DNA from: a virus
Length of the DNA: 64,000 nt
Strand: one strand, 5' to 3'
Virus record (IMG/VR): IMGVR_UViG_3300025133_000045
Coordinates: 35,826-99,825 of that record
Shown here piece after piece: positions 58,089 to 64,000 of the stretch (positions are counted from its first letter, which is position 1; each line of letters begins with the position of its first letter). Both the position numbers and the translations under genes were made by a program. Below the pieces are notes generated by a model, which ran no database searches, was not told where the DNA came from, and was given only the letters and a program-made list of their open reading frames with translations.

Positions 58089-58972
58089 TTAATCTCCTCT
58101 AACATCTCCACCAAATCAAGACCAGCACAATCGATCTTATTTTCAGTCACATTATAGTGATTTAAAAAGCCTTTAAAACGCCCTTTGTAGACCTCGGTAT
58201 TTACCCCAGTGTCTAGCCTACCCCCTGTCATAGGAGCCGCGAGAGGTACCTTACAAGCCTCAGAAATGGACTTCCACAAAGCCTTGAGCGCTTCCAGTTG
58301 AACTGGGTAAAACCCAAGGTGGGTTTCAAGTGTTTTTCCGTGAGCCACAGCATCTGAGATAATAGGTCGAGGCCCGAAACGCTTTTCATACCAATCCTGA
58401 TATTTCAGATAATATGCGTTGCTGATTTCCACACCAACACTCTTTTCGTTTACTGTTCTATTGCTTGCGTGCCACGCATTGTGTTGAATGTCGAGAATCT
58501 GATAAATTGTTCCGTCATTGTCAATACAAAAGTGGACACTTACCTTCCTCGCGTTGAGAACGTCGACACAGGACTTGGAATTTAAACAAACGTCCCAATG
58601 ATTAACAAACATTGAAATGTCTCGTGGTCCTTTCCCAGAATAGTCGGTATAAGTGCCTTGGTTTATTCGAAGACCACCTGGCTCATCCCAAAGAACCACC
58701 CGATCCCAGTCAATGGGGTAGAATTCACCGTTATAGACGATATGTTCGCCTGTCGGCTCATAATCGTCTATATTGGCCTGTCTTTCTGTGAAAATACGAC
58801 GATGTGTCGCGGGTCCAACGAGCCCATCGGCTGATAGGCCCATGCTTTTTTGAAACTCTATGACCTTTTCGATCAATTCTTCGTCGAAGTCGTCTGCTCC
58901 GAACCAATCTGGCTGCCATCCATATTTTTCGGACGAGTCTATATTATACGCTATTTTGCTACCCATAAACAC
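58085..58972 (-). CDS. Endolysin: peptidoglycan-binding domain + N-acetylmuramoyl-L-alanine amidase (Amidase_2)
   Basis: FQKSMGLSADGLVGPAT (PG_binding_1); VNHW, SVHFCID.DG.IYQ, AWHA, SVGVEI, H......K.DC. Confidence 0.88.
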   Translation of the reverse strand: MFMGSKIAYNIDSSEKYGWQPDWFGADDFDEELIEKVIEFQKSMGLSADGLVGPATHRRIFTERQANIDDYEPTGEHIVYNGEFYPIDWDRVVLWDEPGGLRINQGTYTDYSGKGPRDISMFVNHWDVCLNSKSCVDVLNARKVSVHFCIDNDGTIYQILDIQHNAWHASNRTVNEKSVGVEISNAYYLKYQDWYEKRFGPRPIISDAVAHGKTLETHLGFYPVQLEALKALWKSISEACKVPLAAPMTGGRLDTGVNTEVYKGRFKGFLNHYNVTENKIDCAGLDLVEMLEEIK

Positions 58973-58991
58973 CTCTGTTCATAAATAGTTT

Positions 58992-59387
58992 TTATAAATC
59001 TAAACTACAAGGAATGATATCGGATTTATTCGTTAAGATTCCTCGTGATGCTTTTACGGAATAGTTTCCATACTCATCGACATAGACTTCAAAATCAATA
59101 TCATATTTCGTTATATAGTAGCCGCCTGTTATTCTTTGAAAGAGGCTTAAAAGATAAGTATCCCCATCTTCTTCGTGATAAAAGATGCCCCCATCGTTTG
59201 GTGGCTTAACCTCATCGTATTCGGAATCAAAATAATAGCAATATATGTATCCTTTTTCCTCCCAGGGCTGATGTTCAGTCATTTCCCACCAAATATTTTC
59301 AAATTCAACCTTTAATTCTTTTACATTTACGGGTTCCAAATTTGGACCACAAGATGCTAAAAGAAAAAACAACACATATTTTAACAT
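58992..59387 (-). CDS. Putative lipoprotein
   Basis: MLKYVLFFLLASC lipobox. Confidence 0.65.
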   Translation of the reverse strand: MLKYVLFFLLASCGPNLEPVNVKELKVEFENIWWEMTEHQPWEEKGYIYCYYFDSEYDEVKPPNDGGIFYHEEDGDTYLLSLFQRITGGYYITKYDIDFEVYVDEYGNYSVKASRGILTNKSDIIPCSLDL

Positions 59388-60106
59388 TTACCCCCCCCCC
59401 TCAAATATCTGTTCAAATACCTATCCAAGCTATAAGTTGAAGCAATAAGACCAACATCTTCGATTATTGTCGGATAATCACCAATATCTGTACCCACATC
59501 TACGGCTGATACAACTCCTACTATTCTGCCTTTCTCATCGAGGACAAGAGAGCCGGAAGCCCCTTTCCAAACATAAGTGTGAGCAACAATTGCTCCTTCA
59601 TAAAAGCCAGCAACCTCCCCTTTAATCGTAAGCAATCCCATTGAGTTCGGAAATCCGCTGTAAACCAGCTTATCGCCTACACTAACTTGCTTTGAAACCC
59701 TCCACGGGATAGGATCTCGCGTAAACATTCCAGCTATCGACAATAGAGCAAGATCCGAACTGCTGTTCACATAAGCAACACTGGCAACAATCAACTCGCC
59801 AGATCCTCGAATCAAGACTCTAGAGGAGTCTTCTACCACATGAGCAGCAGTTACAATGTAATGGTCTCCTTTGTGAGTGATATAAGCACCACTTCCACTT
59901 ATTTTGTTCCCATAGACATCTACGGAAGTAACCTTAACAGCGGCCTTCCTGCTCTGTGCTTCAGCGGGACTCTTAAATATCGATATATATTCAATGCCCT
60001 CAAGGTATTCGATGTTCTCGGTTATAAACGACCCGTCAAAATCATAGCCGACAGACGTACAACCACACAACAACGATACCAGAATTAATCTAGTTAAGCC
60101 CCCCAT
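59381..60106 (-). CDS. Trypsin-like serine protease, probable lipoprotein
   Basis: IVTAAHVV, DLALL, GASGS catalytic triad motifs; signal peptide ending LLCGC. Confidence 0.88.
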   Translation of the reverse strand: MGGLTRLILVSLLCGCTSVGYDFDGSFITENIEYLEGIEYISIFKSPAEAQSRKAAVKVTSVDVYGNKISGSGAYITHKGDHYIVTAAHVVEDSSRVLIRGSGELIVASVAYVNSSSDLALLSIAGMFTRDPIPWRVSKQVSVGDKLVYSGFPNSMGLLTIKGEVAGFYEGAIVAHTYVWKGASGSLVLDEKGRIVGVVSAVDVGTDIGDYPTIIEDVGLIASTYSLDRYLNRYLRGGGKC

Positions 60107-60193
60107 ATTCTTATCCCCCTAAAGTATATAGGGGATCAAAACTCTTTAGCCGGAAAAAAGCTGTCCGTGTCGATTAGGGGCTACTCGATAGGC

Positions 60194-61201
60194 TTAAATG
60201 TATTCGCCTACATCTTCCTTGAGTTTAATGGCATTTAACTGTGCTTCTTGTGCCTTACCTTTAGAGTCGGGCGCACCAAGAAAATATGCGTTCACATTCT
60301 TTGACAATTTATCCATTTCAGTGTAGATCTCGGTTAAGCTAGACCCCAGGCGATCAGCATACTTCTGTGCAATTACTTCAATGTCGGCACGAGAGCCCAA
60401 ATTAAAAGTTGGTTTACCCGCTTCGGCCCCCTCAATTTTAAATTCTTGGAATTCCGAATCTTTTAGGCCATATTTATAATCTTTTTTTCCTGTATATGTC
60501 CCTACTTGTTCTACATCAAAATTTCCAATCCATTTAGTGTCGCCGGTCTGGGCAGCTAATTCTCTATCACCAACCGTAAATTGATAAAAATTAATGGATA
60601 AAACTACTTCATCTTTATGATCACGAGCTTTAAGCCCTACCAAATATGTTATCGGCCCACCCTCGGCTTCAATTGCTGCTTTAAGATTTTTATAGGATCC
60701 CTTGACATATTTTGTCTGAGATCCTTTAAAAAGAAACTTAATACTCCAACGTTTTCCACCAATCATAACATCCGTTACGTCGTTTTTAACACTCGCATCG
60801 GCAAGTGAAATTTGATATGTATCTTCGCCCCCAAGAAGAGCAGCCACCAACGACTCAAACAAAAACCCTCCAGTCGATGCATTAAAATCATAAATAATAG
60901 AAGAAATAGCATCCAAAAACAATAAATTGGCAAGAATCTCAGGTATATCTTTAGATTCTACACATGTTTTATCACAATCTTTAACAAATCTCTGAATGGA
61001 CGCAATCTTTTCTCTAAAGCTGCTGCCTTGAACTTTAGACAGATAACTTTCAATGAGTTTTTTTTCGTCGTGCCCCTTTTTACCCCAATTCTCAGAAATT
61101 TTAAAAGAAGGTCGGGTCGCAAACGTCTCCTCCTTGTCCCCTCCCTCAAGACCAGTGTTCTCGGCTAAATATTTATTCCAATTCTCAAACAAAAGATTCA
61201 T
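60194..61201 (-). CDS. ENW-leader protein with a PD-(D/E)XK nuclease-like domain
   Basis: MNLLFENWNKYLAE leader; GFLFESLVA...VTDV...SIK pattern. Confidence 0.55.
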   Translation of the reverse strand: MNLLFENWNKYLAENTGLEGGDKEETFATRPSFKISENWGKKGHDEKKLIESYLSKVQGSSFREKIASIQRFVKDCDKTCVESKDIPEILANLLFLDAISSIIYDFNASTGGFLFESLVAALLGGEDTYQISLADASVKNDVTDVMIGGKRWSIKFLFKGSQTKYVKGSYKNLKAAIEAEGGPITYLVGLKARDHKDEVVLSINFYQFTVGDRELAAQTGDTKWIGNFDVEQVGTYTGKKDYKYGLKDSEFQEFKIEGAEAGKPTFNLGSRADIEVIAQKYADRLGSSLTEIYTEMDKLSKNVNAYFLGAPDSKGKAQEAQLNAIKLKEDVGEYI

Positions 61202-61263
61202 TTCTTAACAAGCTCCTTGTTAATTATATCATAACGATACCAATTTTCAAGTATAAATATCAT
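61198..61263 (-). other. 21-codon mini-ORF (degenerate ENW leader) overlapping a sigma70-type promoter
   Basis: MIFILENWYRYDIINKELVKK* with ATGA overlaps at both ends. Contains TTGAAA-16 nt-TATAAT (61250-61223) and AAGGAG. Confidence 0.45.
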
Positions 61264-62456
61264 TTAGTTTTTCCTAATGCCAATTTATATGTTGATACGC
61301 CCTTGCCTTTTAAGATATTTAAATATTTAGCATTTTGATAATTAAGAATTGAAGCTAGGATCTCTCCCATGGATAAATCTTTTGATTCTTTATCATGTAA
61401 AGGGCCTGAAACCCGTTCATGTTGTGACTTTAGGTTATTTAAAATTTCTAAAGCCTTGTATATCACATCTTTTGGATAAAGCATACTATCATTGCCATAA
61501 TAAACTTGATCGTTCAAAACTACCTCAAAAAACTCTTCAAAACTCTGCTCCATATACGGTACTCTTTTGATATCACTTGTTATCCCTTTTAGTCTATATT
61601 TTATTCCCAAGAACTTTGATTTTGTTTTCGTGGAATCAAATTCCGCCCCCAAGAGATCAGCAAGATCCAAAACATATTTATGATACTTGTCTTTTACTGA
61701 ACTGCTGGCCTGGCCCTGATCCCCAGAAATTCTATTTTCATTTGGTGAGTAAGTAACAACAACATGTGGTTTATTATTTTTGTCAAAAAGAGTTATCATT
61801 GTTCTGTCTGGATCTGATGACATAACCCCAGTTGAGCCACAATTACTCATTAACTTGCCCACCAATTGACATCGATCACCAACATCTATCCATTTCCAGC
61901 CATTTTTATATGTTTTGAATGGTGCTGACTGGGAAAATACAGTTTTCTCATCGTATTTGTCTTTTGCAGAGGAAAACTCTAATTCTTTATATGGAGCTAA
62001 GTCGGTTATTTGACCATTTTGAATGGCCATAATAATTTTTGCATAGAAAAAGATGTCTTTTTCAAATTCTTCTTTAATTTCTTTTTTGATTGCTTTTTTG
62101 GACTCGCTAGGATCAAAGAAAAAATCTTTAGGAATATAAAGTTCTAATCCTTTTGCGGTTTCGATATATTTTTCCTTACCCATGTCAGCAGCATCATACA
62201 TATCTATCATATCGATGATACGTTTATTCCAGTTTTTTATACGGAACCAGTCCTTGTCCTTTCTCATTTTTGTCCACCCTACATTGTGATATTCTTTATA
62301 CCACTTGGCCATGAGTGTGGCGGTTTTTTGAGGGAACAGTTCGTAGAACAATGAAGCTATAGTCTCTGGAAAACCCATTGATACGATCTGTTGTTTTGAT
62401 TCGGCCAACAAGTTGTTATTTAGGTACTTTCGCCAATTTTCCATTAAAAGTTTCAT
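61260..62456 (-). CDS. ENW-leader protein with a PcfJ-like domain
   Basis: MKLLMENWRKYL leader; GKLMSNCG...L.D..NKPHV...G pattern. Confidence 0.55.
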   Translation of the reverse strand: MKLLMENWRKYLNNNLLAESKQQIVSMGFPETIASLFYELFPQKTATLMAKWYKEYHNVGWTKMRKDKDWFRIKNWNKRIIDMIDMYDAADMGKEKYIETAKGLELYIPKDFFFDPSESKKAIKKEIKEEFEKDIFFYAKIIMAIQNGQITDLAPYKELEFSSAKDKYDEKTVFSQSAPFKTYKNGWKWIDVGDRCQLVGKLMSNCGSTGVMSSDPDRTMITLFDKNNKPHVVVTYSPNENRISGDQGQASSSVKDKYHKYVLDLADLLGAEFDSTKTKSKFLGIKYRLKGITSDIKRVPYMEQSFEEFFEVVLNDQVYYGNDSMLYPKDVIYKALEILNNLKSQHERVSGPLHDKESKDLSMGEILASILNYQNAKYLNILKGKGVSTYKLALGKTK

Positions 62457-63034
62457 CACCCAAAACTCCCGTAGATCCGCTTGGTTACTATAGCCTCAGC
62501 CATAGCCAGCCTCCTCTTATAGTAGCAGTCATCCAAGAACTCGACAAGCTTGCCGCCCAAAAACTGCTCGATCTTTATTTTATCGCAGACATAAGGCATT
62601 TTTGATTCTCGTAAAATCTCTTCAATCTTCATTCCGGCCTCGGCGAAATAGCCACCACCTTTAAGTAGTTCGAGCATTTTCTTAACAACAGATCTCGCTG
62701 CGTCCCTCTTAGCCTTACAGTCCTCTACCTGGCACGTCCCAAGCAGAGCGATCTTATTTCCAAAGTCTGTTTCTTTATACAGGATAAAGGCGTCTGAGAT
62801 ACCGTCTGGGGGAGTGTCAACATCAATAAGGAACACTCCCTTGTATTTCACCAGTCCGCTCGCGTCAGAGACGCTCAAGTCCATTCCCATGTTCAAATAT
62901 GTGTTGGAATACATTGTCCAGACACGCTCCAGCTTCTCGGGTTCAAGGGTTGCCAAGTCTGTCTCAACCCATTCGCCAGGCGGCAGGCCCTCTTCCTTTA
63001 GATATTGACGCCAATTTTCAAGTAGGAGTTTCAT
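62456..63034 (-). CDS. ENW-leader protein, possible GNAT-like fold
   Basis: MKLLLENWRQYLKEE leader; the fold call is weak. Confidence 0.5.
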   Translation of the reverse strand: MKLLLENWRQYLKEEGLPPGEWVETDLATLEPEKLERVWTMYSNTYLNMGMDLSVSDASGLVKYKGVFLIDVDTPPDGISDAFILYKETDFGNKIALLGTCQVEDCKAKRDAARSVVKKMLELLKGGGYFAEAGMKIEEILRESKMPYVCDKIKIEQFLGGKLVEFLDDCYYKRRLAMAEAIVTKRIYGSFG

Positions 63035-63540
63035 GATTCATATTTTCCTTTTATGACCGTTGCAGACGGGGGATCAACCAATATTTCCCCCAAATTAATA
63101 AAGTTTTTGGGATCCCAATAAGCTGCGGCCCAAGATTTCAGACCTTCTTCATTGATTTCTCCTCTCTTGTATCGAGTAATTGCTTCCGTCCAATACTCTG
63201 CATCTGTTTTAAATATCTTATAATCTCCTTGAAGAATCACTTCATATGTCTCGATGGGTTCGCCATAAACATTCTCTTTCTCATCTCGACAAAAACTCTT
63301 CCCAGCCCAGCCACCCAGATTATCACACAGAAATACACAGTTCAAGCGACTGGGGCGATCTGGAAACTTTGTCCTTCGGACCTCTTCAAAAACCCCTTCC
63401 ACCACGGAATCTCGCGGTATTGCTTGAGGAACAGGAACATCCAAGCCGCCTTTCCAAATACCATTGGTTTGCCAATAATATGTTGTTCCCTCCTCTTCTT
63501 CTTTTAGATATTGATGCCAATTTTCAAATAAGAGTTTCAT
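63031..63540 (-). CDS. ENW-leader protein, DUF2441 / ADP-ribosyltransferase-like
   Basis: MKLLFENWHQYLKEE leader; E..FEEVR..KFPDRPSRLNCVF...YEV...YW...EILV. Confidence 0.6.
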   Translation of the reverse strand: MKLLFENWHQYLKEEEEGTTYYWQTNGIWKGGLDVPVPQAIPRDSVVEGVFEEVRRTKFPDRPSRLNCVFLCDNLGGWAGKSFCRDEKENVYGEPIETYEVILQGDYKIFKTDAEYWTEAITRYKRGEINEEGLKSWAAAYWDPKNFINLGEILVDPPSATVIKGKYES

Positions 63541-63899
63541 TTAGGTGTCCCCAGGTATTCTGTTGGTGTATAAATTTTACTGTTGCCATAGAACTCGCCA
63601 TCGGCATCATACGCTGTGTCAGAAATTCTTTCTTCTATCCCGCCATATTTATCAAACTGTGCGACAGAGGGATCTATTATTTTACCATCATCCATTATAA
63701 TCCAGGTGTGTGCTGTTGGATACTGATCATAACTGCCTTCAATCCAAATGTATCCCTCTATAACTTTAAAATCTTTGATGCCATCAGAAAGAAGTTTTTT
63801 GGTTATCTCTTCGGCGGCAGTGATACATACACCATCTTGTTCGCAATCAACCTCTAAATCACTAAGATACTTCCGCCAATTTTCAAATAGGAGTTTCAT
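63537..63899 (-). CDS. ENW-leader protein with a transglutaminase/papain-like Cys-His-Asp triad
   Basis: MKLLFENWRKYL leader; GVC...HTWI...IIDPS..QF. Confidence 0.6.
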   Translation of the reverse strand: MKLLFENWRKYLSDLEVDCEQDGVCITAAEEITKKLLSDGIKDFKVIEGYIWIEGSYDQYPTAHTWIIMDDGKIIDPSVAQFDKYGGIEERISDTAYDADGEFYGNSKIYTPTEYLGTPK

Positions 63900-64000
63900 T
63901 GATAATCCTCATCCTCACCGAATTCTGGATATTCAACTGAACCATACCCAAATTCTTCCAAAGTCTGGGAGAAAATTGACACCTCTTCCCTGTCCGCTTC
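63896..64000 (-). CDS. C-terminal end of an upstream gene (partial)
   Basis: EADREEVSIFSQTLEEFGYGSVEYPEFGEDEDYQ*; the stop overlaps the next ATG (ATGA). Confidence 0.65.
   Translation of the reverse strand, partial: EADREEVSIFSQTLEEFGYGSVEYPEFGEDEDYQ

Larger units (their letters stand above)
61166..63899 (-). repeat. Five dispersed ~36-bp repeats encoding the MKLLxENWxxYL leader
   Basis: ATGAA(A/T)CTnnTn(T/C/A)T(T/G)GA(A/G)AATTGG... at 63864-63899, 63505-63540, 62999-63034, 62421-62456 and 61166-61201. Confidence 0.85.

Noticed and set aside
1-64000. All plus-strand ORFs and nested short minus-strand ORFs in the track
   Set aside because: They lie antisense to or inside long, motif-bearing minus-strand genes and show no recognisable motifs; treated as shadow ORFs.
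1-64000. Stop-codon reassignment
   Set aside because: Multi-kilobase ORFs are intact in the standard code, and TAA, TGA and TAG all end genes at coupled junctions.
60194-64000. Diversity-generating retroelement or true integron
   Set aside because: No reverse transcriptase, integrase, TR/VR pair or attC-like palindromes in the window; the repeats are protein-coding leaders.

Overview
The window looks like 64 kb of a large, T4-like (jumbo/huge) myophage genome. Every credible gene is on the minus strand, tightly packed with many ATGA/TAATG overlaps, in the standard genetic code. Left to right: (i) 1-25.6 kb, virion/baseplate module: very large LamG-type structural proteins, gp6- and gp25-like wedge proteins, a 2270-aa acidic protein, a gp5-like spike and an M15 peptidoglycan peptidase. 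(ii) 25.9 kb, gp55-like sigma factor. (iii) 27.6-40.7 kb, sugar-nucleotide/glycosyltransferase cluster of about 15 genes with several deletion 'stubs'. (iv) 40.7-51.8 kb, nucleic-acid/RNA island: Cas4-like nuclease, PIN-PhoH, an unannotated ~650-nt highly structured RNA with its own sigma70-type promoter and terminator, a phage tmRNA (tag ANNNDYFNSVRLAA), a metallophosphoesterase and a 1159-aa NTase + ligase-like + HxGH adenylyltransferase fusion. (v) 54-60 kb, fibre/adhesin genes and a lysis/envelope cassette. (vi) 57-64 kb, an array of unrelated enzymes that all begin with the same ~12-15 residue leader (MKLLFENWRKYLxE). The best candidates for an undescribed system are this leader-tagged array, read as a possible capsid-packaged effector library, and the large ncRNA/tmRNA/RNA-repair island. 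All functional calls come from motif recognition by eye; no searches were run.
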